From Eledone cirrhosa (Eukaryota): 64,000 nt of DNA. Numbering within the stretch: position 1 is the stretch's first letter; the number at the start of each line of letters is the position of its first letter. A program made the translations under genes and the position numbers. The notes under the pieces are model-generated. The model searched no databases, was not told the DNA's origin, and was given only the letters and a program-made list of their open reading frames with translations. The stretch covers positions 255,998,001 to 256,062,000 of the forward strand of contig OZ024740.1 in assembly GCA_964016885.1 (NCBI GenBank), in the 5' to 3' direction. Of this stretch, positions 29,833-44,159 are shown one piece after another.

Positions 29833-31016
29833 TACAAAAAAATTAATTAAATAATAAAAAGAAATTCCTTAACGATTATTACTGTATGATGAGACATTTC
29901 ACCTGGGGCAATGATTTTCCTGATATTGATTAATCGATCGTTAGTTTGAACAGTGATAGATTGATAGATCAATGAAATTAAACTAAACAAACGGAAAGGA
30001 AATTAGCCGATCGTGCGATTGAATGAAGGAAAAAATGTTTCCCTTTGTCTTTCCATTGCTGATACTATCTGCCGGTCGCAACTCCAGATAGAAGGAGCAA
30101 CATGAAATAAGTATTTTGCTCAAGAACACAGCTCGCTGCCTAGGAATTGAACGAATGATCTTATGAGTGTTAGTCCAATATCCTAACCACTAGGTCACGT
30201 GCGTCACAAGAAAGAAATGTTGTTGTTGTTTAGCTCCAAGTCTGCACTGATTGTGTTTACGTATGTTTGAAACATTCCAATCATGACTTATTTTTAGATA
30301 ATGTATGAAGGCCCTTATGATACAACGTATCCTGCATTTAACAAGATGGTATATAAAGGAGTAGGTGAAGAATTGGCAGTCATTAGAATGTTTTGCAGTA
30401 TGGGGTTGTTAAAAAAGTACCAGTACTGAGGTCGATTTTTCCCCTATATCTCTTTCTCACATCCATTCTTTCACTCTCTATCCTTTGCTGAAAGAAATAT
30501 ACTGTATACAGACCTAGAGAGACGATGGAGGTTTTAAAAAATATGCCCTAGAAATACCGTAAGTCATTACGGCCTCCCACTACAACCTCCCCAAAAGTTA
30601 CGTGACTATGTGTGCATATTAAGATTTAGGGGGATTTGGCTGGCATCTCTAGCGAATTAAACAACTAATTAGCTATATTATATTATGTTGATATAGTTGG
30701 GTGTATATGTATTATAGCTATACAGGATACAGTAATTTGAAGGGTCTTGTCACGTTGAATCTGCCTGAGAACTACGTTACGGGTACGCATGTCTGTGGAA
30801 TGCTCAACCACTTGGACGTTAATTTCACATTAATTTCTTGATTGTATCAACTGGAACACTCGCCGTCGTAACCGATGGAGGACCAGTGTTTCTTTTATAT
30901 AGTATATGAAGAAATGAAAGATTATCAGACTATATGCCATAAAAGGCAGACTATGGAAATATAGTCTTTAATAGCAGAATACCAAAGTAGAGGAAAAAAG
31001 GTGGATTATTAAAATA

Positions 31017-32208
31017 TCTATATATATAAAACTGAGGATGTCTGTGTGTGTGTATATGAGTTCGAATCCCTAAAACTCGAGAACCACCCAACCGACTGTT
31101 TTCAAACTTTACACATGTAATGCTTATGTTTCAGGGAGTGTTCTGAGCAAAGAAAAATTTCAAATTTTCTATGCCCTAGGGACCACGTTAAGCGATTTAG
31201 CGATCTCTCTCTATAATTATTAGTCTTTCTCATTTTAGATAGATACATACATATAACGTCGCGCCCTTATAATATCTGTCTCGCAGTAATAGCTTCAGTT
31301 TGTTTACTTACGTGCCTTTACGACAACAAAAGTTACTATTTTACCGCTTAGTATTGTAGAGAAGCACCAAACCGACTGCTTTCAACCTTTACACATGTAA
31401 TACTTATGTTTCAGGGAGTGTTCAGAGCGAAAAGAATTTCAAATTTTCAATGCCCTAGGGACCGCATTAGGCGATTTAGCGATCTCGCTCTATAATTCTT
31501 AGTCTTTCTCTTTTTAGATAGATACATCCTTATAACGTCGCGCCCTTATAATATCTGTCTGTATGTCTGACTGTCTGCATTACGTCACTTCCCTGAGGAT
31601 GTCTGTGTGTGTGTGTGTGAGTTTGAATCCCTAAAACTCGAGAAGTACCCAACCGATGTTTTCAAACTTTACATGTGTATTATTTATGTTTCAGGGAGTG
31701 TTATGCACATAAAAAAATTCAACTTTTTTTTATCTCCTTTTATCATTAGGCGAAAAAATGCGTTTTTTTTAATTTTTAGGGTTTTTTTGAGGCATTACGT
31801 CACACCGATTTCCTTGAAATTGTAACTATGTATTGGTCAGTCTCTTCTTCATATCGTAAGTAAAGAAAGTCCAACTTTCTTATGGCCTAGGGCCCGCATT
31901 AGGTGAAAAACTTCATTTTTTCAGCTTCTTAGGGCTTTTTGGAGGCTTGACGTCTAGCCGATTTTTCCCGAAATTTCAAGGCATATTATGCACATAAAAA
32001 AAAATCATTTTCTTGATCCCCTAATTAGGTGAAAACCTGCATTTTTCCTGCTTCATCGAGGAAAATCTTAAAGATTATCCAGCCATCAGAGTATTCGGTT
32101 TATTTTCTTTACATATTGTCCAGGCATGCAGTTTTTCCACGTTTAGGTCTATTGGCGGCCCGCGTTCCAAAATACCTTATCCCGTTCAACGCCGGGTACC
32201 ACTGCTAG
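31017..32208 (+). mobile_element. Non-autonomous Helitron, apparently full length, with internal duplications
   Basis: A|TC 5' end, CCCG...CGGG subterminal hairpin 32181-32196, CTAG|T 3' end; interrupts a degenerate about 33-bp minisatellite; 5' module repeated at 31365 and 31593. Confidence 0.85.
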
Positions 32209-32748
32209 TAGAATATAAAACTAGTGGCTCTAAATAGTATAAGATAAAACTATAGGTTTTAAATAGAATATCAAACCATACAATATCAAATATAGGCTTT
32301 AAATGGTATATCAATGCCTAGGTCTTAAATTTTACTTTTACAGCATTCATGTTTTTTTTTCAGTTTAAATAAGTCAAGAAATAAACCCACCATCACCGCT
32401 ATTGTTAATATATCCCCCCACCTCATCCCCACCCCATCCCCGCCATCACAACCATTAAAACTCCCACATCCATCCCACCATCACGACCACCATCACCGCA
32501 ACCACCACAACCACCACCACCATCACAAATATCACCATAATCACCACTACCACCACCACTTCAATCGCCTACACCACTACTACCATGTCCAGTCTGTGAA
32601 TAAATTAACAAAGAGCTTTAAAGCCAACTGGGAGATCTTATCACAGCAATATGTCGGCCATAAACTAGATTGACTGTTCGACTGAATTCTTTGTATGTAC
32701 ATGTGTGTGTATGTATGTGTATACACACACACACACACACACATATGC

Positions 32749-32819
<71 letters not shown>

Positions 32820-32919
32820 CTGTGTGTGTGTGTGTGTGTGTGTGTTCGTGTATATGTATGTATATGCACCCACACACATATATATATGCATGTGTGTCTA
32901 TATACATGTGTTTAATTGC

Positions 32920-32990
<71 letters not shown>

Positions 32991-33054
32991 GTGGCGTGTG
33001 TGTGTAATATGTATGTGTATCTGTAATGGTGTGTATCATGTTGGATGTAGACGC

Positions 33055-33185
33055 AACATGAGCGAATTGTTAAGAAGTTTGCTTGGAAATTATTAGTTCC
33101 CGGGTTCGATCCAGCTGGGCGGCATTTTGCGCAAAAGTTATTTACCTCTAGCTCGGGTGAATCCATACGTTGTGAATGAAACTGC
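33055..33185 (+). mobile_element. Degenerate tRNA-derived SINE of a second family
   Basis: B-box GGTTCGATCC at 33102 with upstream A-box-like segment. Confidence 0.55.
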
Positions 33186-34141
33186 TTGCAAGTTTATTGG
33201 ATGGATTTTATCTGTAATTCAAAGTGCGGTCATGAAGGTACTGGATGAGCGACAGCGGAGGACAGAACTGCTTGGAGGAAATTATAGAAGGAATCTACAG
33301 ACTCTTGGGGTCTGTAGTGATGATGAATGTATAATTAACTTTGTTACAAAGTGTCACTTTATTTATCTCAGCGAAGCGGAAAAATACTTAGTTCGATGTT
33401 GTAACGGCTCTGCCATTTATCTGCTTTTTGATAATATGTAATATAGTTAGTTGAAAAGAAAGTCCCATGAAAATCTCCATAGGACGAAGCTGGTTACCGC
33501 TAAGTGACAAAGAGCATAAGACACCAATCTAGACAAGACACCAAATTCGTCGTAAGATGCTACTGGTACGCATTTCTTTTCACGTGGGTAGACTTTGGAC
33601 AATGTGAAGTAAAATGTGATTTTCATTGACGCAATAGAATGTTCTATACACACACAAGCACACACACACGCACACACACATGTACACGCACGCACTCTCT
33701 CTCTCTCACACACACAGAGCAAGCCTTTTTCAAGGGTGTAGTAATATTTGCGGTATGTGAGAAAATAAATCATTAGTTTTGGTAGTGCTTTGGTTGAATT
33801 CATCATAATAGTAGACTGGATTGATGGAGAAAGTGGGTGAGGGCAGACAATGGTACGTGTATTTGGACAGGAACTTCGCATAGACTTTTACAATTTGGTT
33901 TTGTACATCTAGTAAGTTCTTTGTTAACTTCGGTGGGGAGTTTTTTAAAGATTCCTGGTTAAATTTCCAGGAGAACTTTCTCGCATTCGTCGGTGCTGAT
34001 TGTCAAACCGATCTCAGGTTGTCTTGTGGTGTGTGACTCTGACTCTATGCATAAGAGATTTAGGTATGTCGGAGGGGGGGGGGGGGGCTGTTAATGAGTG
34101 TAGGAGTGAAGCAGTGTTGATGAAGATTTAAAGGAATTAAA

Positions 34142-34186
<45 letters not shown>

Positions 34187-34269
34187 AGTTATTCCGGGTT
34201 GAATCGGAGGTAACCACAGTAAGTAAGGTACTTAATACATAGCAGAGTATACAAGTTTTAATATAGATG

Positions 34270-34320
34270 AGATTCTACAGGACTAGAACTGTTTCATTCT
34301 TTAGAAATCATCAGGAATCT
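34270..34320 (-). ncRNA. Hammerhead-like motif in PLE-type terminus (related degenerate copy 3705-3770)
   Basis: CTGATGA-tTTCtaaaGAAt-GAAAC-a-GTT. Confidence 0.5.
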
Positions 34321-34744
34321 GGCTTTCCAAAAATAAATGTAGTGGTATTTATATCTTTTCATGTGGTAGGAGAGGTGGGGAGTGGGATGGGTGGAGGTCA
34401 TTGGTTGAAAGAAAAGGGAATTCATTAAAAGCTAATTCTATAATTTATATTTAGAGTGACAAAGGCAGAAAGGATTCTATAAACAGGTTCAGAATGGGGT
34501 GCCACTCCTTATTTTTAAGTTACTCTTAAGCTAACAATGCTTATATTTCTGGTGTCTATAAGGTGGTTGTGGGTCGGTCATGGTTGATGGATTTAAAGAA
34601 AAGGGAAATTCTTTAAAAGCTAATTCTTTGAAGCTCTACTTAGAGTGACAAAGACCAAGAGAATTCTATAAACCAGTTCAAAATTTTGGGTGTCTGTCAT
34701 TATTGTCATATTTCATTTAAGCTATATTCCAGGTGTCACACATT

Positions 34745-34806
<62 letters not shown>

Positions 34807-35056
34807 AATGAAAATATAGAAATTAATGTGAGCGAGAAGCCAACAGTATATCATAATATATAAGTGACTATGACGTCAAAATGGAAAATAATTAACGTAA
34901 GATATGGGAAAATAATTCAAACTCAATTAAAAAAAATCAAGACAGAGATTTTATCCACAGATTTTGTGAAATCCAGGGAAAAAAACAATAGAGTCTTAAC
35001 TCAGAATAAAATAAAGTTTAAATACTCATCTTTCAATTTGGAAAAACTACAAATGC

Positions 35057-35133
35057 TCTATATAGTCTTAAAAAGAGTATTTCACGAAACTTTTCAGTGG
35101 TATTAGTCACGGTATGAGTCGTTCATCAGTAGA
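35057..35133 (-). ncRNA. Type I hammerhead ribozyme motif
   Basis: TCTA-CTGATGA-ACGA...TCGT-GAAATA-ctcttttaagac-TATA-TAGA. Confidence 0.65.
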
Positions 35134-35225
35134 TCTCTACACGATAACTAAAAATCCACTCCCAAAAAATGCCAAAAAGGGAATTTAAAAGCAGGCTAGT
35201 TCACCTCGTGCGGAATTATGAAAAT

Positions 35226-35563
<338 letters not shown>

Positions 35564-35666
35564 CACACATATATATATATATATATAAATATATATACAC
35601 ACATAGATATACACATATATATATATATATATACACACACATACATACATACATACATACATACAT

Positions 35667-35709
<43 letters not shown>

Positions 35710-35847
35710 CAAACATACATATATATATATATACATATACACACTCATATACATACATATACATACATATACACATATATACACATATACGAAATACATA
35801 AACACATACACACACATATATATATATATATATATACATATACACAT

Positions 35848-35925
<78 letters not shown>

Positions 35926-35962
35926 CACACACATATATATATACATATATATATACACATAT

Positions 35963-38010
35963 GTAGTTGTCTTTTAGACTCCAGATATAAGCTGAAAGTG
36001 ACGTCATATTCCTTCTTACGCTTAATTACATAAGTAAGCATTCCAACCATCCTGCAAACATAACCAAGAACCTGGTAAGAAACGTTTCGTTGAGGCTTTC
36101 CCGTCTATCTACTAACGAGCATATTTTCTACGACCATTCCACTTATTAGAATGAAGCTCTTTCTCGGAGTGGATTTGTCGATAAGATAGCATATACAGAG
36201 TACGAAAATAGACCTAGAAGAAATCGATCCCGTCGCATTTGTTGGTATAACCCACCATATAATATGGAGGTGGCCACACCATTAGCTAAGATCTTTCTTT
36301 CCCTTATTACGAAGCATTTTCCCCCTACACATAAATATAGTAACATTTTTAATAGAAATACTATTAAAATTTCTTACTCTACGACTCCTAACCTTGCACA
36401 TAACATCACAGCTTCAAATTTAACTAAACTACCTAGCCGTAGGAACACGTGCAACCCTGTAGTTAGTACTAACTGTAATTGTAGGAATCGGGTTGATTGC
36501 CCCCTATCCGGGAAATGCCTCTCTAGTAACATTGTCTACACATGTAAGGTTGAAACACCCACGTCCCGTAGGGCCTACATAAGGTTAACCGCCAATAGAT
36601 TCAAGCAGCGTCTTTACATGCATACCCACTTTTTTCGTTACCCTCTAAGAAGGAATATGACGTCACTTTCAGCTTATATCTGGAGTCTAAAAGACAACCA
36701 CACCCAATATGAGTTACACTGGGAGATCCTAGCTAGGGCTAGATCGTATAACGGAAATAAAATACCATGTGACCTCTACACCGCTGAGGCCCTGGAAATA
36801 CTCTACGCCACAGACCACATCTTAAACAAAAAATCTGAGGCAATTTCGGCTTGTAAACATAAATTGCACAAAACTTTCCTGTATTACAGCCCCACGTTAT
36901 ACCCTAACTGATAGTACGATCTATACGTGGATATTTTACGTCTTGATGTGGTAGCTAAGTATATGTTTTACCATTACTTATTTGCATAGGTAAGTATATA
37001 TTACCTGTATGTTTTGTGAAGGTACGTATACTTTCTCGTACGTATATTTGATTGTATATGTTATGGCGTATAATTTTTTATATATTCTGGTACATATGGT
37101 TTGGTTATGTGTATACGAGAGTTTTGCGTCTGTGTGAGTATGCAGGTTCGTACGTATGTTGGTGTGTGTATATGTGTACTTCATGTTTTGGTTCACTTAC
37201 GTCTCCGAACATTTGTGTATTTACCTGTAGGTATGTGTGTGCGCTTGTTATATACGTATTTATTTATTTATATACGTTTATTTAATTATTTATTTATTTG
37301 TATACACGCGCACACTCACACACATATTTATATGTGCGTGGTTTTGTATACTTATGGCAAGTGTTTTCGCGTATGCTTGTGTATGTACGTATTTGCATGC
37401 GTGTATGTATTTATTTAATTTCTATTACCTCTGTATTGTATTTTATTTACTTTATTCTTAACTCTGAAGCGGAGATTCATTCGGTTTCCTAGTTAGAATT
37501 TTAGTCTACAACTTCAATTATACCATTTACATGGTTTTGTCTTTGCGTGCAATTGTTCTCCACGCTCCACATATGACGTATTATCTCCGTTTTTTCCGTT
37601 CATTGCCAGATAAGGTCTCTATGAACCACCTAAGAGAACATTAGGCTACGACTTCTTTTATATCATAAACGTGGTTCTGTCTTTGCGCGTAATTGTTTTT
37701 CACCGCTACTATTAATGACATTATATTCGTTTTTTCCCGTTCTTTGCCAGGGAACGTTTCCACGAAACAAAGTATCGTCTTCCTGTCTTCCTCCGGTTGC
37801 AACGTTTTTTGAAATATCCACTTGTGCGTTTACAGATTGACTTTGTTAGTTTCAGAAGATCCCGTTAAGGGTGAAAGCAGTGATTCTTTGCTTAAACTTT
37901 AATCTGTTATTTTAATAAATATTTGCTCTACGGTTCACATATATTTGATATATATTTTCCTTATCGAGCTGTCTTTGGATTTTAGTCTTCAAATTTATTA
38001 TTATTACTAT
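35963..38010 (+). mobile_element. 5'-truncated Naiad-like PLE (coding remnant about 36040-36911) with short inverted internal segment at 5' end
   Basis: CNCRNRVDCPLSGKC, NIVY...AYI, ACKH; 35965-36018 is reverse complement of about 36646-36698; 140-bp duplication in UTR (37530-37770). Confidence 0.85.
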
Positions 38011-38097
38011 ATATATATACAGAAAATAGTGAATGGTAGCTGCAAGATAATTGATTGAGAGTGGAGTTGGGAGGTGTTGAGGTGTTTAAGGAGTGTT

Positions 38098-40560
38098 TTA
38101 GAAAGGCGTTGTAAAAGTGCCCTCCTGCTGGCTCAATTTTAATAAATGACCTTTGATGATTATGTTGGCAGGAGATTTTTCAAATTCTTTTCTTATAGCT
38201 GAATCAACTATATTAAATTTATAAAGAATAACTTCAACTAATGAAGAATTCTCCTTTATATTTCCGGAAATGTTCGTTGTCCAACCATATCTTAAAGAAA
38301 GGGAAGATGGTGAATTTTCCCTTCCGCACGATGCGAAGTGCTCACTGCATGTGGTGTTTCTGACAGAGGGGTCTCTAATTTGTTTTTCATTTACACGAAA
38401 TCTGTCATGTAGACCCGTTCCGGTTTCACCAAAGTAGTATTCTTTATATTGTGGACAGGTTGCACAGTAAATTAAGAATTTTGTTTTGCATTTCATGTTT
38501 GCATTAACTTTGAAAATCTTATTGGTTTTAAAGGAGATTTGCCCACTCTCTTCAATGTATTCACAAGTTCCGCATCGACGGTCCCCCCATTTCTTAATTT
38601 GCATTGTTCATTTCATTATCAGACGTAAATTTTGCCTTGGTAGTCAGTTTTTTTAGGTTGTGTGCTTGGCATCTACTATATATTATTTGTGAGTCTTTTA
38701 TGAATACATTCATTTTAGGGGACTGCTGGGGAATCGGGAGATATTGTTTAGCGGCTTTCACAATGTTGAAGTTCCTTCGATGACAAAAGGGATAACTGTT
38801 TTTTCCTTTTAATTTTTTTCCTGTAGTGTGGGGTGTGTTACTATGGTGCAAATGCGTCTTGCCATGTTAAAGGGAATGTTCCTTTTGGTATGTGAGGAAA
38901 TTCAAGTATTGATGTATGTCTGTTGGTAACGTTTCCAATTGTGATTAATGTAGGTGGTGAAGTCGTGACTGAATGTTTCCTGCAGCTGGGAATATAATTT
39001 TGCCTCTAGGTGACCCATAACGAGTGTTGTATATGTTGGGGCTACTTTGGTGCCCATGACCGTTCCTTTTATTTGTAAATACAGTTCGTTATCATAAAGA
39101 TTGTTCTCCAATTCCAATTTGAGTCCTTCCAAAATAAATGTTTTGGCGAATCTCTCTGAAATGTAGTCTGGGTGTTTTGTAATCCAAAAGTCAACGGCTT
39201 CAATTCCCAAGTCGTGTGCAATGTTAGTATATAAGCTTGTTAGGTCAAAGCTGACTAAAATTGTTTCTCGATGAACTTTCTGGGGGATATAGTTCAGGAA
39301 TTCCATACCATCTCTGATGAATCTTGGTACTTTTGTACATAAGGGTTTCAGTATGATGTCTTATAGGTTGCTTACACGTTGTGTGCTTGAGGCTGGACCA
39401 GCAACAATTGGGCGTAATTTTAAATCTGTCGGTTTTGGTACTTCAACATATGATGTATTTTTGCCTTTTATGTTGTTTTGTTGTGAACTTTCGGCAATCC
39501 AAAAAAAATTGCTGCTTTTCCTTTCGAAGTTGGTTAAGTAATTGATTTCCTTTAGCATGAGGTTATATTGGTACTTTGTCGTCAGTTTGCCTACTTGAAT
39601 AATCGATTTTCTTTCTTCGCTTTTGTTGATTTTCCTGTAAAAACCCTCCTCATTCAACTGTTCTCGGACCATATCCTTGTAGTGTGTTTTGTCCATGATG
39701 ACGATTGCTCCACTTTTGTCCGCTTTTTTTATGATTATTGAGGAGTCTTTTTGTAGCTTCTTTAGTGCTAGCAGTTGGTCTGTAGGAATGTTGCGTTTGT
39801 GTTTCGTCTCTGCAATATTTGACTGTGCCGATCGTCGTAGACAGGTTATTTATTCTTCCAGGTGTTTGTCTCTATTTAACGGGGGTTTGAAATTCTTTTT
39901 ATTTTTCACTAGTGATCCCTCCTCGTATTCTGCACCCTGGAAAAATTCTCCTAGACGTAATTTTTGACAAAAATCTTCTGTCTTTTATAAGGTCGGCTTG
40001 ATCTGCTTTCGGAGTGCGTGTGAACTTCAGTCCATTTTCTAGCAGTTTGATTTCCTGTTGTGTTATGTTGTGTTATTTCCTGTTGGCCGTAATGTTGATT
40101 ATTTTTGGTTCCTTTGGGTTTTTCTCGTCGAGTGCCACTTGAAGGGTGGTGTTTTTTTCTTTTTTCCCTTCATTTGGTAGGAGGCACCTTGTCCTAAAAA
40201 TAATTCCCATTTAAGATAGGGATGTTTCTGTTGTGGTGAAATATTCTGTTCGCTGGCATTTCGTATTGATAATTTTCTGAACAGTAGGATCTTGTTTGGT
40301 GGTTGATATGGGTGTCTGGATCTTCTGCTGTTCCGTTCGGTTTTCATGTCTTTGTTTTTGTCACTGTTAATTGTTCTTGGGGTTTCGACAGTAGATGTAT
40401 CTGGTTCTGATGTTTGGTATTTGGTCTGTGTATAATTGTGTGTTTGGGATTCTCCGATCTCTGGTTGATGTTTATTTATTGCCTGAGAATTCTTCATTTC
40501 TTGCGTTTTTTTAATATTCCCCAATTTGAGGGTTTCTTATGGGTTTTAAAAAGAATTTCT
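38098..40560 (-). pseudogene. Neptune-like PLE ORF remnant (N-terminal region, DKG-type motif, RT, GIY-YIG), multiple frameshifts
   Basis: IIKKADKSGAIVIMDK, LRPIVAGP, SFDLTSLYTNI, QIKGTVMGTKVAP, CGTC, LIYCATCP...YFGETG. Confidence 0.9.
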
Positions 40561-41149
40561 TTATAATTTCCTTTATATTGAAACAACATTAAAAAATCCA
40601 CCCTTAGTCTTAAAGATAGTACTAATTATCTCTTCTCTAGTACTGTTGTAAATTAGCTAAGATTCTGTAGCAAATTAAACTCCACCAAAAGCCTGAACAT
40701 ATCAATTTAACATGTATTTCAGAGTTATCGGCAAACATTAGCAAAAGGAAAATCATTGAAGTTTGGCTAATAGGTTTCTTTAACAGGTCAGACGCTATAG
40801 CTAGTGGTGGTGCTTAAGCGCTAGTATATAAGTTCGTATGCCAATACACGTTAACTCTGTATATCGTGCCCTCCGTAGCAGATGTCCAGTAATGCCTACG
40901 AGTAAATTTGTGTATCATGTTTAAACTATGAGTAATAGGTCTAGTAAGGTATCATAGCTATCTGTTCGGCCAGTTCTATCGAACTATATGTATATTTTAG
41001 CAAGAGTGGAAATATTCCGTATATACCTAATGAAGATTAGAAACTGTTTACAATAGTGTAAATATGCAAAGATCCATCTAAGGATATTTAGAAGTATAAA
41101 TAACAAAGAAAACATTCTATTTCTACCTAAGGATGCTTGGGGTTTCCTC

Positions 41150-42580
41150 TATCATAGTTTGTAATTGGGAAACATATAAAGCCGAGATCTACCCACCTAG
41201 GTCGTGAGGGGGGTTTGAAGGTAATATATGTCCTGTACATTCTGTGTTTACACGAGGTAACGAGTTCATCCTTTTTGTTTAACAATTGGTCCTTTGCAAA
41301 CATCATCTGGATCGCTTCCTCCGAGCATAAATTGCTTGGACGGCATCCTACTGAGTATGATTTTTGCCTTGGAAAGTAGGCTCCACGTTAGATGATAAAT
41401 AATATTGTTGTCGTGGGGGTCCCAAATATAGTCAAAAGGTGCAGTGGCGTGTCGCCGGGCCGGTTTCTAAATGAATGTTGGTGTTGGTAGTACCGGGTCT
41501 TAAACTCGCAGGCGGATAATCCAATGTAGGCCTTGTTGGTGTGTTCCGTCCTCACGTTGCACTGGTAGACCACGTTTCGTTCGCGGCATCTGTTGTTGAG
41601 GGGGCACGAGGATCTAACCAGACAGTTGCAACTCCTAATTTGCTCACTGTTAAAAACGTTTTTGTTTCTGTTAGAGAGGATTTTGCGTTGTTAGATGAAG
41701 CAATGTTTTGTGCAAAGTTGGATGTAGTGTTGTACGAAAGTTTAACAGTGTTTCTGTCGATGATATTGTGGTAGCAGTGTTGGGTGGGAAGTGTTTATCG
41801 AGAAGTCTGAAGAAGTTCTTTCCAAATGGTGTTGCAACCTCGACATGGCGTGAGCGGCGACGTCGCCTGCTGGACCCGCTAGTAGGGCCTGGATTATATG
41901 AAAGATCCTCCTGAAGCGGCATCTTTTGAGGGTCTGGTTGTATTGTGGCACGTGTTCATTGAAAATCTGCCCATTTGCGGAGAAGCGTGATATGCGGAGG
42001 GAGATACTTTTTACTAAGTTATTAGTAATCATCCTTGGATGGTTGGAATAGCGGTTGATATAGTGTAAGTTCTCGTTTGATTTCCTGTAGGGGTAGTACA
42101 AAATGTTCTCCAGATTGAGTGTTACATCGAAAAGGTTAACACAGGTAAGGGACGTCTGAAGAGTGATTTTGATGAGGTGTTTACTGAGGTGTTTTGATGA
42201 GGTGTTTACTGAGGTGTTTTGATGAGGTGTTTACTGACCCGGTGCGTGCTATTGGAGTTGTCCTCTGTGAGGGTAACAAGCCCGTTTTCTCTGTGCAGAC
42301 CACCCCGAACGCAGGGAACTTTTCAACGAGTTTTTGGAATATGTATAGTCGTATAAGGTCAGTCGTCGAGTCAGTTGAACCCATACTGATGTCGAAAGGA
42401 GAATTCGGAGCTCTTTTTATCCAAGTGGAGTTTTCGAAGAGCAAGACGGTCTTCCTAAAATGGAATTGATTTCAATTTGCTGGTCTGTAATGGGTGTAAT
42501 AGTTTTGGCGTAATCCAAAGCGGCCATAAGGATGGTTCGGTAATAGAAGCATAGTAGTTCTCAATACCGAACTGGATGAA
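41150..42580 (-). pseudogene. Degenerate Naiad-like PLE RT-EN
   Basis: FDISMGSTDS, YINRYSNHP, VYQC...AYIGLS; 26-bp tandem triplication at 42167-42237; homologous to 46770-47625. Confidence 0.85.
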
Positions 42581-42713
42581 AGAATACCGCATTCAGATAC
42601 ATCCTTCCATGTGTTTATATGTATATGGCTTTATTTATGTATATGAACGACGTATGTATGTGTGTGTAGACTTACATACTCATATAAGTGTGCCTATGCA
42701 TGTATGTATATAT

Positions 42714-42845
<132 letters not shown>

Positions 42846-42970
42846 TTACCCCTAATTTTTTTCTGCCTCTGTGAGTATAATTTTTTACCGTTATTTTATT
42901 TTATAGCAGCCTCACTTTCATTTATAATAGATTTTGATTCTAATTTCATATCTTACATTGATATTAAATT

Positions 42971-43041
42971 TTCCTTCTGATGAACGACTTCGGACGCCTC
43001 TGTTGGGGTCACCTGTCTTCGTGAAACCTTGGGTAATGGAA
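42971..43041 (+). ncRNA. Type I hammerhead ribozyme in PLE terminus 42850-43130
   Basis: TTCCTT-CTGATGA-ACGA...TCGT-GAAACC-ttg-GGTA-ATGGAA. Confidence 0.78.
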
Positions 43042-43304
43042 TAATTATACTGTGTTGTTTATTCCATAATTAAATAGCTCTTTACTAAACTTAGAGCACT
43101 CTTCTTTCCTTTACCTTTTCCACGGAAATACTTTATATTGATGAAGAACTAGCGTCCGAAACGTTAAGACCCTCTTCCTGCTATATCAAGCGTTAACCTA
43201 ATATATCCCTTCCATATACTGTACCGATTGTGTTGTATTTCTGTTTACCTTTTACATACATAAATGTATATATATTGCAAACTTGACTGTCACCACTGAA
43301 TATG

Positions 43305-43339
43305 AACCTGAAGATTGCGAAAGCATGAAAATACTTGTT
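43305..43339 (+). ncRNA. Degenerate minimal hammerhead motif
   Basis: AAC-CTGAAGA-tTGCgaaaGCAt-GAAA-atac-TT-GTT. Confidence 0.55.
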
Positions 43340-43521
43340 GAATTAACATTTAACACTTAATATTCTACCATACAAACAATAATATCATAATATTCTACCA
43401 TAAAAACAATAATATCATAATTTTAAAGGATTGTAAATAAAACGAGTAAATCAGACAAAGTTGGAATTCCTTTTATTAATATAATCTTCTATACACAATC
43501 ATACACATCCGTGTATATTTA

Positions 43522-43569
<48 letters not shown>

Positions 43570-43574
<5 letters not shown>

Positions 43575-44116
43575 TCAGCGAGAATCGTATTTCGGCTGGT
43601 AGAAAAAGCGAAACGAAACGCAAAATCGTAGAAATGCTGGCAAGCGCTCCAATAGTTAAGAAAACTAGAGCTAAACAATATGTTAAAACGCCATACAAAC
43701 TGAAAAAAGTGGTCAAGAAGGCATTAACCACCTAAGCCAAAAAAACAAATCAAGCTAAACAGGTCAAACAAAATAAATGATAAAAACAGACCTGGAACCA
43801 AGTGGAATTGATGGTAAAATCCAAATGCAAGGTTTCTATAACACCTAAATCAATAATACTATCTGCTTAAAACTATAAGCTTTCAGCATAAAGATCGAAC
43901 AAGGAATATCACGTTATCAACAGGTATTTTGCTCTGTAACCAAATTTGTGAGTGACGCAGAACTTTGTAAAAGCACATGTGTAACTCACAAGTGGAAATT
44001 CCCCAGATTTTGGCAAATGAATTCAGAATTCATACAAAAAATTGCATAGATAGCACAAATTGAATAAGCACTCAACCGGGTAGTTTTTAAAATAAACTTA
44101 TGCAATTAATCTGTCA

Positions 44117-44120
<4 letters not shown>
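43570..44120 (+). repeat. Unclassified dispersed repeat, relative of 21547-22075
   Basis: Shared blocks such as ggaattgatggtaaaatcca and accggg...tttttaaaataaactta. Confidence 0.75.

Positions 44121-44154
<34 letters not shown>

Positions 44155-44159
<5 letters not shown>

Noticed and set aside
33720-34075. Possible host exon or LINE ORF1 remnant on the minus strand
   Set aside because: Stop and frameshift, no recognisable motif
37848-37890. Additional hammerhead candidates (also 27860-27920, 28630-28670, 41025-41050, 49330-49375)
   Set aside because: Core mutated or one half missing; too degenerate to call
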